Part shown: positions 22,058 through 33,700 of the stretch, in pieces
Numbering within the stretch: the stretch's first letter is position 1
Layout: each line of letters opens with the position of its first letter
Source: a virus
Reading direction: 5' to 3' (one strand)
DNA: 64,000 nucleotides
IMG/VR virus record: IMGVR_UViG_3300027797_000021
Span: 27,617 to 91,616 of that record
Made by a program: the position numbers and the translations under genes
The notes under the pieces: model-generated
The model's database searches: none
What the model saw: only the letters and a program-made list of their open reading frames with translations
What the model was told of the DNA's origin: nothing

Positions 22058-22425
22058 TAGTGGACCATAAACCTTGGTATTCCGGTGTTTACCCTGTATT
22101 GATAGGCTCTATTATATCCAGAATTTGTATCGTCATAATAGTTTATTACATAAGGCTTTGCTTCATTATTATCTCTGAAACCTATTAGACACCTAGAGCC
22201 TGGTACCGGAGCAACAATCTGGACTCCCCTAACACTGGGGCATACTACGTCTTTAACTATATTTCCTATGTTTTCTGAATGATGATCTTCCAATACTACA
22301 ACTGCAGTGTTGTTACTATTATTGTAGGACATGATTACTCCAGGCCTTGATCTTGACCTTTGCATCTGGGATAGATCAATTTGGTCTTGTATTTTCTTAT
22401 CAAATTTTGGATAATTGGCTGGCAT
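22057..22425 (-). CDS. Baseplate spike OB-fold protein (gp5/gpV N-terminal-like)
   Basis: 122 aa; PGVIMSYN...TAVV...P.PGSRCLIGFRDNNEAKPYVI fits the gpV/gp138 OB-fold pattern. Confidence 0.65.
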   Translation of the reverse strand: MPANYPKFDKKIQDQIDLSQMQRSRSRPGVIMSYNNSNNTAVVVLEDHHSENIGNIVKDVVCPSVRGVQIVAPVPGSRCLIGFRDNNEAKPYVINYYDDTNSGYNRAYQYRVNTGIPRFMVH

Positions 22426-22456
22426 AAAAGATCTCCTTATTTATGAATTATTGTGC

Positions 22457-24715
22457 TTAATCATTTACTAAATATTCTCCATTTAGCCATCTATCGATGT
22501 ATGTGGCAGAATTCTTGCCTTGTGTACCAGCATCCTTGGCGTATACGTCTTTAACCCATTGTTTCAATGCTGCTTCAGTGCCTCCACCATTTACGTAAAC
22601 TTCTACGGCGTCGCTAAACTTAACTGATCCTATCCATCCATATGGGTCTTTGTAATTATCTCCCCACGCTTGGAATTGATATCCGGTTTCTGGGATCGTT
22701 CCTAATTTTGTAAAAAGATAAGATGGAGGACCTCCCGTCCTCAAGGTGTAAAACATATATGCCTGGTTTAATGGTATCCAAACCCTACGGTCAACTAGTT
22801 CTCTGAGTTTTTCAACAGCACCGTTGTGACTGCCTGAATAAAATAATTCTAATTTATATTTTTCATTTAATTTTTCATTATAATTATCCACAGTAGGAGG
22901 TTGTTCTCCCGGATAAACTGTAGTCCAATTCTTGCTTGCTAGCTGCCATCCTTGCATCTGTTCTTTAGTCGTTGCATCTGTTAATTCATAGATTTTTCTA
23001 CCGTGCGCTGATCCATCGCCAGAATTTCTGCTAATTGTTCCATTGCTATATTCCCTAAATCCACCAGCGCCCATATTAATTTGAAATATACCCAAAGACA
23101 TAAAGTCTCCACTTAAAGTTTTCGGATTGCATGAAGTCGGATTACCTCCACCACTTTCCCTAACGGTAATTGCTGCAAAAATTGCTGCGGTTTCTTTTCC
23201 GCATACTGTGGTATGTAGCAGCTCGTAAACTGCGTCTCGCCCTATATTCTCTCCCCAACGACCATAATAATTTGTTGTAAGGTTAGAACTAGGAGCGACT
23301 ACTGTCGGAATGGGAATTAAACCTCCATCGATAGGATCAATCATATACCCAGGAGGTATTTCACCATTAGTACCTTCGTCAGGAACAATCCCTGCTGGAG
23401 TCATTGCTCCGCCGGGGCCAGTATATTTTCCTGCGCGCATTCCACTAAAGCTTAGGTGTATATGATTGGTATGGTTATTGTCTCTATTGTCGGCAAAAAA
23501 GTTTACATATTCTAGCCACGGTCGACTCAGTTTAAATGCGTTGGTACTTGCATCATTGTTGCCACTTTGGTCGACGCCATAACCAATGGCGTAGTCTTGA
23601 TGAATGCACAATAGGTCTGGCAGCAAGTACGGAGCTACATCCCCTAAGGTGTCCAGTAGTAATGTTAAAGCACCGTCGTATACGTCTTTAGTAACTCCGG
23701 GACTCAGATTTATTGCATCACTATTAATGTTGCCAACTGAAAATATGTCAACGGCTCTTCCACTAGAGTGATCGCTCAGCCATACGTTACCTTCATCATT
23801 TGGTTGCTTTGTCAACGCTCTTCCAGCACTGAATTGGCCATTAATAACTACGCCCTTTGAATGTAAAGCCAGTAGCAGCTCTATTAAAGCAGGAGCTACA
23901 TAGGCATTTATGTCCGTTGGATCTTCTAGAATAATATCTTTAGAAATGATCCTCTGTGACTCACCCACTATGGCATCTGGAAAATATGTATCTTCTCCGT
24001 TAAATACCGTGATTCCATCGGCAGCATATGTATTTGCAATGTCAAATTTAAAACTTGTATCAGTAAAAGTACTAGGATACTTGGAACGCAATACATCTAC
24101 TCTTTCTTGATACCATCCTTTTTCTTGTTCCGTCATTTGACTAAAGAGTGCTACATTTCTCATTCCTGCACTCTGGGTTTCGGTGGATGGTATGTTATCT
24201 CCGGTAGATGGATCTGCTCTAGTGCCTGAGGTCTGTGTACCGTAGTTACCAACACTTATCTGCTGCATATTGGCTATTGAACTACTAACAAACGATCCAC
24301 TAAAATTTTTTCCACTTAATGAATTTGCTATAATTCTATTGATTGCAGCTCCTCCAGTTAGTGTACTAGACGCCTCATCCTCTCGTTGACTTTCAGGATT
24401 GTTAACCTTAACATTTGGATTTTCTTGATTGCCCGCTGACGCTATTGATCCGCTACCTGTAATTAATGTATTTAGTGAAGAGGATACACTTTTATTCATT
24501 GCGGCAACGGCATACTTTGGGCTTCTAAAGAACGCATCACCATTTATCACATCGGATAGTGTTCTCGCGCTCAATGTTTGACCAACCATGGGTCTACTTA
24601 CTGAGGCGCTAGTATTTTTTACTGGCGTTTTTCCACCCGGAAAAAAGTCTGCGTGCAACGAAGTTGCAAATGATGCTGAATCGGCTAAGGCTGCATTATT
24701 AAAACTAAAAGACAT
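22457..24715 (-). CDS. Virion-associated peptidoglycan hydrolase (M15-like Zn peptidase plus lysozyme-like/SLT domain)
   Basis: SDHSSGRAVDIF (HxxxxxxD) and NHTNHIHLSF (HxH), followed by AAITVRESGG...SLGIFQIN (SLT-type ES and G.FQ motifs). Confidence 0.7.
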   Translation of the reverse strand: MSFSFNNAALADSASFATSLHADFFPGGKTPVKNTSASVSRPMVGQTLSARTLSDVINGDAFFRSPKYAVAAMNKSVSSSLNTLITGSGSIASAGNQENPNVKVNNPESQREDEASSTLTGGAAINRIIANSLSGKNFSGSFVSSSIANMQQISVGNYGTQTSGTRADPSTGDNIPSTETQSAGMRNVALFSQMTEQEKGWYQERVDVLRSKYPSTFTDTSFKFDIANTYAADGITVFNGEDTYFPDAIVGESQRIISKDIILEDPTDINAYVAPALIELLLALHSKGVVINGQFSAGRALTKQPNDEGNVWLSDHSSGRAVDIFSVGNINSDAINLSPGVTKDVYDGALTLLLDTLGDVAPYLLPDLLCIHQDYAIGYGVDQSGNNDASTNAFKLSRPWLEYVNFFADNRDNNHTNHIHLSFSGMRAGKYTGPGGAMTPAGIVPDEGTNGEIPPGYMIDPIDGGLIPIPTVVAPSSNLTTNYYGRWGENIGRDAVYELLHTTVCGKETAAIFAAITVRESGGGNPTSCNPKTLSGDFMSLGIFQINMGAGGFREYSNGTISRNSGDGSAHGRKIYELTDATTKEQMQGWQLASKNWTTVYPGEQPPTVDNYNEKLNEKYKLELFYSGSHNGAVEKLRELVDRRVWIPLNQAYMFYTLRTGGPPSYLFTKLGTIPETGYQFQAWGDNYKDPYGWIGSVKFSDAVEVYVNGGGTEAALKQWVKDVYAKDAGTQGKNSATYIDRWLNGEYLVND

Positions 24716-24724
24716 TTATTACTC

Positions 24725-27700
24725 CTACGTTCCCGGATTCAATGTGACTTGTCTTGGAATTAGTGCAGATTCTTCTGCGCTAATAACTGATTGGGACTCC
24801 ACTTGAAGCTGCTTTGCATAAACTGTTGCAAGATTATTAACAACTAGTTCCCAGTTTAGAGTAACCGGATATCCATCTTCGTAATATTCATCCCAGAATA
24901 TAGTAGGCCAATCATTAGACTTTTCATAAGTTGTTTCTAATACCTTAAAGCAAACTAGATTATTGTAAAATCTATTAAAGTCTTCTTCCGTCAGTCCATA
25001 ATTTGCCATTGATTGTGCAGAAAGATCCAATGGTGGATTATATTGAATATCCAAAGTAGCAATTTTTTTCATAATATTGGATCTTTTTATATAAAGGGGA
25101 GATTCCTCGTACACTGAAGCAAAAAACTTTTTACTAACATCATCATCTGTGCCTGTATCTGATACTGTAGGAACAATTATCTTCCCCTGATTTGCAACGA
25201 AACATCCCCTGACAAAATCTTTTGCTTGATTGATGACTGATTCTGGCTGATAGTACCAGACCGTCCCTAGTGCTCTTTTCCCTTCGGCGCCGTCGAAAGA
25301 GTCTTTTGTATAGTTTTCAAATCTATTCTCAGCAGCGCCGGGTTCAAACTGAGCTTCGAATATAACATCATTACTTGAGCTATTGCTAACTTTCATTCTT
25401 AATACAAATACTTTATTAGCTATTTTACTCTGCGTATAAATCTTAGCTCTACCGCCAGGGGTTGAGGTAGATGTTAGATTCGTTGTATCCCCAAATGGAT
25501 CGTTAACATCTCCACCTGGTTCACTTGGGATTTCTCCCACTCTCATGGTATTGGTTTCGCCTGTGTTCATTCCATCAAATCTGACAGTAAAAGTTGCTCC
25601 AGAAATAACGTCCTCGACATCAAATGTGTCGCCGTCTTTAAACTTAGTAACTGTTGCTATTACCTTAAATAGGGATGTTTGCAGGGCAGTTTTCTCTGGA
25701 CCAAGTCCGCTAAGACTAAGTACTCGAGCGTGTGTTAGAGCATTTTCGTAATCAGTATATCTGACTAGATCTTTTATTTCAGTTTCTTGCCATCCAAGAC
25801 TCTTTAGTAGGTCGTCGCTTCTAATAAAGGCATTGCCTTCAGGCGTTTTTACTTTTGTTCTTGCTCCTAATATTCCTGGCAGTAAAGCTTTTGTATGGTA
25901 CCTACCTACTACCATACCTTGATTATATGATAATCCTGCGTCCATTGGTTGACCATTTTTATTTAGATACTGAACATAGCAGCCATGCTGATCGAGTACG
26001 TTATCCCTCAGCCATGTCCAGCCCTTCCAGGCTAATTGCCCAACGATTGGAACTGCCCTTGCCAAAGATGCTCCCACGACTGCTATAACAGTATCTGCCC
26101 CCGGCACTTTAGCTTGCCCGGCTCTTGCTATTTCGTCTCGTGCTCTATCCGGAAGGCTTAGCGCAGTTTGATTTGCCATAATATCTTTCATCAAAGCTGA
26201 GGATCCGTGTGTATACTGAATTCCGCCAATCATCTGTGTACTCAAGGAGTCTGCTAGTGCATCTACGGAAATGTTTCCACCCATGTTTATACCAGAGTTC
26301 GATGCCATAATATTATCCATGTAGAATCTAGTATCATTTCTTAGATTCTGCATACTGAGCCATGAGTGCAACCATGTTGACATAAACCATCTGGAGGGAT
26401 CATTAACTGTAACTAAGGCATTGGGTGTGATGCTGGTAACGTATCCCATCTCTGAAGTGAAGTGATGAACTACTTGCTCTACCTCAAATATTCCATACAT
26501 TCTACTATAGACATCAGATAGATACACTAAGTCGTGCGGTCTAATATCTGGATTTCCCACTAAAGTGAGTTCTCCACCATAAATATCCTTAATGGATTCC
26601 TTTAGATGGGATAGTGCCACTCTTCTCGCGGACAGTTCATCTGGAGTGCCTTGTAAAGTTTTTGCATATCCCCTAAATGTTTCCAGGGGGTGCATAAAGG
26701 GGTGAAGAACTCCAAGGAATCCAGAACCAACCATATTATCATAATATAATCCGGTCTCAACTGTAGTCTCTGTTTGACGCTCTGATGGAGCCCCTTTATC
26801 TAATGCAACCGTTACTGGATTTTTTCCATCAGAAACCGCTGTAATAACAGTTGAAACGTTATTTAAATTTTCTTGAATTTGATTGGATATAATATGAGAA
26901 AAAGAACTTAAATAATGTATTCTTTGGAATGGCTGGCGAACCTCTACTACAGGCTCTCCATATTCTCTAGTGAATGGATTGTCAACTGCCCTTAACAGCG
27001 TTCCTGGTCTTCCGAGTGAATAGTATATTGAATCATTTAATACTTTATTAAGAATATGAGCCTGCTTACTAAAGTTCCCAACCTCAGAAAGTGCATATCC
27101 CATCTGCATCATGCTCAACTTAAACATGCCCAAGAGTGAGCTCAGGCCATCTCCAATGGCTCCAAGTATTGGACCAATATTAGCGTTGTAGAAATCTGAT
27201 ACGTCTTCATCTATTCCACCAATAAACGTTGAAGAGTTACTTCCCTCTCCTTTTGTCGAAACTAAAAGCTTTAGGAATTTACTATTGTCTTTAGCGTATT
27301 GGCTATATGGATTAATGAATGCTTCAAATACTTTATCGATTGGCTTAAAGGACCACTGTCCATCTTCGCCTCCTCCGCCAGATGTAATTGCACCACGTTT
27401 TCTGTCTGGCTTAAGCACTAGCCAAGCTCTACCATATCCAGAGCTCCAAAGCTTTTGCCTGAATAACCCAACCATCAATAGGAATAGTTGCTTAGGTGTC
27501 TTAACTGCTTCTGATAAATTTATTGCAGTTTCTGGATTATCTTTATTCTCAATTGAAATTGAAAGCGCGTTATTAATTACCTGTGTTTCAAAGAAATTTG
27601 ACCTGATACCATCTAATGATTTAGAGATAACACTATTGAAATACTGTATAATTCCAGCGTCGCCTTGAACTCCTTTACTCTGATAGTCTATATAGTTATT

Positions 27701-30700
27701 TGTAATAAACTCCACAGCATCTTTTTTATCTTGAGGTGTAGATTTAGTGGAACCGTAATTGCTTCCATATTGAGTTTCTGAATTAAAGAAATCGGAACCC
27801 AATAGAATGGCTATTTCGTCTACTCCTGTACCTTCAGTAGCAGAAAGACCAGGAATGGTTACATTGGATTGTGAGAAATTTTGAAATGAGGTAACATTGT
27901 TTCCTCCTAGTATTCTTGAGAATTCTGGAGGAAATTGATCTGTTGAATCAGCGTCCATACCATATGTCTTAGTAAATATAGCCTTAACGCTATCATAAGT
28001 ATGATATCCAAATCTGAACTGATCCCATATGTCACTTGCCTGATCAAGTGTTCTTCCGTTTCCAGCTATTACCGAAACATTAGGGTCATAATTCTCATCA
28101 TAAAAAGATCTAGCTTCAACTGATGTGCTATCCATTGGCGAATAGACGGCGGCAAAGCCGACTCGCCCACTGCCAGAATCCTCATCTCCTGTCGTATAAA
28201 GCTCAGCATCGAGGCGTTCATATAGCTTACCCTTATCTAGGGCATTGTAATCCTTGTCTATAATTGCCTGAAAGTATCCTGGATTATCTCCGCTTTTAAG
28301 AATATTTCCACCATACTCATAATTCATAGTAGTGACTCTAGCGTTCTGCGCAGAATACTCTTCTAGTGAGCTATCCTTGTCGGCATCAATCTTAAAGTAA
28401 TCTCCTACGCTAGGTTGACCAAAGTCTCCAGGACCAAAAACTTTTGGTGAAGCAATAAACTTATTACTGTCGCCATTGTCATTTATGGCGTATGCTCCAA
28501 AGCCAATAATATATGCAGTTGCGTCATTGGTGTCGTAAAATCTTTTTGCTGGGGCTGCTTCTGCTGCAACGACTCCCAATGGGGTACCATCTGGTACGAA
28601 AGCAAAGAGGCAATCAACATCTCGTGGGAAGGTGCTTAAACCGCTTGCTTTTTCCAATTGAGCGTATGTGCTATTTGCTATGGTCATATCTAAAGTATTC
28701 GAATCATAGCTTTGCAAATTGGCCCAAGCGGGTAAAGATTCTGAGAGTTCACCAATTAAATTAGCTCCTTCATTGAACTGAGATACAAATGTTCCTAAGT
28801 ACCATGCAGCGTCGGGCGACACAACTGCTGCAACTTCGTCATCATTATCCTCTCCCCACATAAAGTACGCCGGGGCACAAACTACTGCTCTTCCCGTTAA
28901 CGGGCTGAATACAAGTACTCTTCTTTTTTTGTAATCGCTTGCTGTTCCATATAGATCTTCATTGGGGAAGTAGGTATCTTTAAATTTACTCAGTGATGCG
29001 TCGGGGATAGGGCCATCGGACGTGGTGGGCAAGTAGGGCCATTTCATTGCTATGTAGAATTGTTCTTCCGTTGCAGTTGCTGGACAGCCCCATTCTTCAT
29101 ATGTTATTTGTTGATTTAATTCATATTCAAAACTGAAATCATCCGAATTCTCTTCCTTTTGAGCAGTAGTGCTATTGATCATTGTAAAGCCCACTAAGGG
29201 ATAGTTTTCTTTCTGTAAAGAAGAGACAGACGGCAGCGGCATTCTTGCGACAGTAGTTTGATCTAGGTTCAAAAACTCCACGCCAGAAGAACTAATAGAA
29301 TCCATAAGACTCGTAAAGCCTAAGGGCCTATCTAGCTCCAATATGCCAGAACTAGGCCTTACAGTAATCTCTGTCTCTTGTAGAAAACGCGATTCTAGTT
29401 GAAGAAAATATATTAAGTTTACTGCCAGCGTAGCTCCACCCTCTGTGTAGCTGGACGAATTTATGGCTTCCTTATATCTCTCCATCATATCTGCTTGATC
29501 TTGCTCAAGATCATCAAGATCATTAGTATCAACTTCGTTTCTTGCTGAAAGAAATTCAGCGAATTCAGAAAATAAACCACCATCTCTAACTTCGTAAGAT
29601 TTGCTATCTAAAACGGTAGTTTCAGATATCGTATAGTACGGGTACTTAAATCTTACTGGAAGATTATCTAGTTGTCTATGATCATAACTAGGAGTTAAGG
29701 GTGCATAAGTTGTGGGATTAGTGCTCACTGGTAAGTGAAAGCCCATTTTAACTTTACCAGAACTAATAGGGAGTTTAGAGATAATGATTTCATTATCATC
29801 TTCATCTTTACTAGTTCTTATTTTTGCTAGATTTGAATTAAAATTTAATAACTTTCCTGTTAGACTTTTTGTTGGAGCATATTCTCCAGTGGAAGATGCT
29901 TGGTCTTTTGCTAGTCCAGCCATGACATCACTAAGCTCTTCAGATCTCTTAAATGCCTCATAGTCTGCTAATGAGTTAGATTGTTTATTGACATTGTTCA
30001 TAATTGTCTGAATATCGTCATTAGGACTTCTATCTTTTGGATAGCCTGGAAGATTTAATTCATTAGCTTTCCTTACGCTTGGAAAGCCCGTAGTCACTGG
30101 AACTACACCGGAAGTATATAACCAATGCGGCTTTCCATAAAAAATAGTAGATCTATCCTCAAAAGGTCTAACTGCTACTATATAATTTGGCAGTAGCCTT
30201 GCGCACATTTGGAAAAGATCCCATACGGTTCGCATGTATGTTTGTGCTCGGAATGACACTTCGTCAAATCCACTTAAGTCATCATCAGCGTTGGGGGCAA
30301 TTATTCCCATTGTCCTAAATACATTAGTGCCACCCCTACCTCTCAGTAGGCCCATGAGAGCTCCACCTCCAGCTATTCCTGCTATAACATTAACTCCCGG
30401 TATAGCAGCAATGCCTGCTGTTAGTCCACCTAGTAGGACATTCTTGACAGCCCCTGCCCGTCCTTCTGCTGAAATGAGTTTATTACCCTCAACATAGGAA
30501 TCTATGGCAGCACTAGCAGAAACTGACTCATTTTGAGCTTCTACTATTAATCTGTTCCATGATCTATCTGTTCCATTTTCTAGATATGCTTGTCCAGCTA
30601 AAGTTTTTCCATCACCCTCAACCAAAGACGCTGCAGTCAGCCATCCATCGTCTAGATCTCCACCTAAGAATTGTGCGAATCCGGTTCCATTTCCAGGATA

Positions 30701-33700
30701 AATATTTCTTTTATATAATTCAAGATCTACTTCTGAAGAAAAATTAGACATTAGTTGACCCATACTGGTCATCACTCCTCCATTGCCAAAAAATGCGTTC
30801 TCATTTCTTGAAAATACATTTGTTGATAACTTAAAAGTTGCGGCGTTAGCTGCTCCACCAATATCTCCCTGCCCAACGTTAGAGTAGGCATTGGTGACAA
30901 CGTTTCTCAATCCATCGGCTCTTTGTCTTTCAACTTCGTTGAGTGGCTCATATAGTATTGTACCAAAATGTCTAATGCCAAATCTATTTTCAGAAAAAAC
31001 CGTTCCCAGAGTTGCCCTAGCTATTGCTTCGCGAACCCTAGATGCTCCCATACTTAAGAGTCTAACCATTAAGTCTCTTGGCTCCGAAAGGTACATGCCA
31101 GTATCTACTCCGCCATCAATTTTTCCAGAGTCACCTTTTTTATTTGTTGAGTTAACAACAGCGCCAAGTTCAATTGCGTCAGATTGGGCAGTGATAGTAA
31201 CTATTTCCCCTTCTTCAACATTTGTTATAACTCCATTGAATAGCGTTTGCAGTGAGTTTGGATTCGAGCCATACCCACCTCTTAAGTGAAGTCTAACTCC
31301 TGGCTTTAATCTTATATTATTAATGTCAACAACATAATCATTTCTCATTCCGGAAATAATATTTTTAGCTATATTTAAAGTTCTATCTAAGATGGCGCTG
31401 ATTCCATCGACAGCACTTAGGGGATCCTTATTCAGGTCATCATTACCTGCGTTAAATATATCTGTAGACGGGCGCGTTGTTAACTTGGAGTACATGTTTG
31501 AAACTCTCAATATTAATGTGTCTCCTAATAAATCTTCAGATGATACAACTGAAAAATCTATAACAGACTGAAGTCCATAGAAATTATCGAATAATTTGAC
31601 ACCTGCAAACATTCCACCTTCATCTATAAGCCATAGCATGTAAGTGGGGAATGCTCTAATCATGCGCCCAGATATATCTCTATATTGGACATCGTTAAGC
31701 ATTTTTTCCATATGGTTATTGAACGAGCCATCGTAAGCTTTTTGATATGCGGATAACGGCTGAGCTCCACTAATTCCAGTTAAAGAATTGGTACAACCAA
31801 TATCTGGAGTTTGCATATCTTTCGTATAATTACTTTCAAACTTTTTTGCGCCATCAGATTCAACTCTAACATTAGTTCCTTCTATTGTAAGGTAAAATCT
31901 TCCGGTGTCTTTATTGATGTAGCCGAAATGCGTTCCTAGAGCACTATACATTATTGCTGGGATTTCATTAGCGTCTTGTTCTTCGGGATTAGTCAGTGGA
32001 AGTAAGTTAATAATTTTATGGAATTCAACCTCATCTGGATCAAAGCTAACAAATTCCTCTTCTGCTAAATGGGAACTGGCTAATACTTGTGCAATAATAT
32101 TTTCCGTTTGCGAACCAGTAATGCCAACATTTCCTACGACAAATGGTGCTCCATTAAACTCTTCAAAAATTTGGCTTCCCTCTGATGACTGTGACGCTAA
32201 AAATATATAATCAGTTAAAAGTGCAATCTTTGAATAATTGTTAATAGTATTATTGTCTGGTTCCGATGTAACTTGTTGAAACAATGCAATAAAGTTATGA
32301 ATGCTGATTCCGGACTCATTTACATAGTCTATCATTTCATTGATTAGATCTTGATTTGTTTGTCTTCTAGATTCAATCGCAGCAACATTAGCAGCATCCG
32401 TGAATGAGTATCTTCTCATAAAGTCTTTAATGCTATTTTTTACAGATTCAATTTTTCGTTCGATAGCTTCAGCCCCTCTAGGGCCATCAGTATTTCTTGC
32501 CCAATGATCTGAACTATCAAAAGTAAAAGCTTTAGCTAAGTCTACTTGAGTAGTATTGTTATTGATAATGTCACGATCAAACATTTCGAAACTTCTAAAA
32601 TAGAAATCTGGATCTAGGTTGCCAACAATATCTCCATTCTTATCTTTTACACCCAATGGAAGGTCAGGATAAGCGTTGAATGAGCCCCACAATTGCTTCA
32701 TTCTTAAGAAAGGATTTCTCTTCGTGCCAAAATGGTCAATTAAGTCTTTTTGCTGCTTTGAAGAAATTTTCTCTCTCTGCTGCTGGAATATATCAAAGTC
32801 AACTAGGCTCAGTTGGACTGAGTAGACATGTGGGTAATTCGGTATTGTATCGACCTTATAGTTAAGTGGCAATACATATTTAATGCCAGATAACGCAGTT
32901 ATAATATTTTTAATTCCTAAGAATCCTATAACCCCAGTAGAGTGTTCTAGTCTAGCTAGACCATTAACATGGTCAAATACTGATCTAATTTTTAATAATT
33001 CTTTTTCACCAAAGACAGTCATGGACACATTAATGTAACTATCTTTTCCGCCAATGTATTGATAGCTAGGCTCATCTTGCATTTGGATTTGTAGCTTTGC
33101 TAAATTATTACCCATGGACACACTAACGCCGTTAACTATGGCACTTTTTGGATCTAGATCCACACGATTCATTGGAACTTCCCACTCATTAAAGTGGTAA
33201 TCCCCATCTTTCAGCCTAGTTGCCTCCATCATATTCTTAACAAAGCCATCCGTAAAGAATCTTTCGTACATATTTACTTGAAATAATTCGGTTACCTGCT
33301 GTGTAACTTTTTCTCTATCTGGTTCTACCCCGGCACTTTTAGTCTGTCTAACAATTTCTTCGTCAATCAATATATCTAATACGGATCCAGATTCGCCGGC
33401 CTTAAGGTCAAATAGATACTTTATCTGATTCAAGCTTTTATCTGATGTTAGCACTCCGTATAAGAAATAAGACTCTTCAGTGCTAGAGTATTGATAAAAA
33501 TATCCGGCTACCTCAACTCTTTCATCTGGCCCCAAATAATCCAAGAGCCACTTCTGTTGTTCTTGGTCTAGCCTAGTTGCATTAGCAATAACAAAAGATT
33601 TTGCTAAATAAAGATAAACTTTTTTCTTGGTGTCAGTAGTGGAGATGCCTGCGGTCAGGCTGTCAACTGCCTGGCTTATAAACGTTTTCATGCCCTTTGG

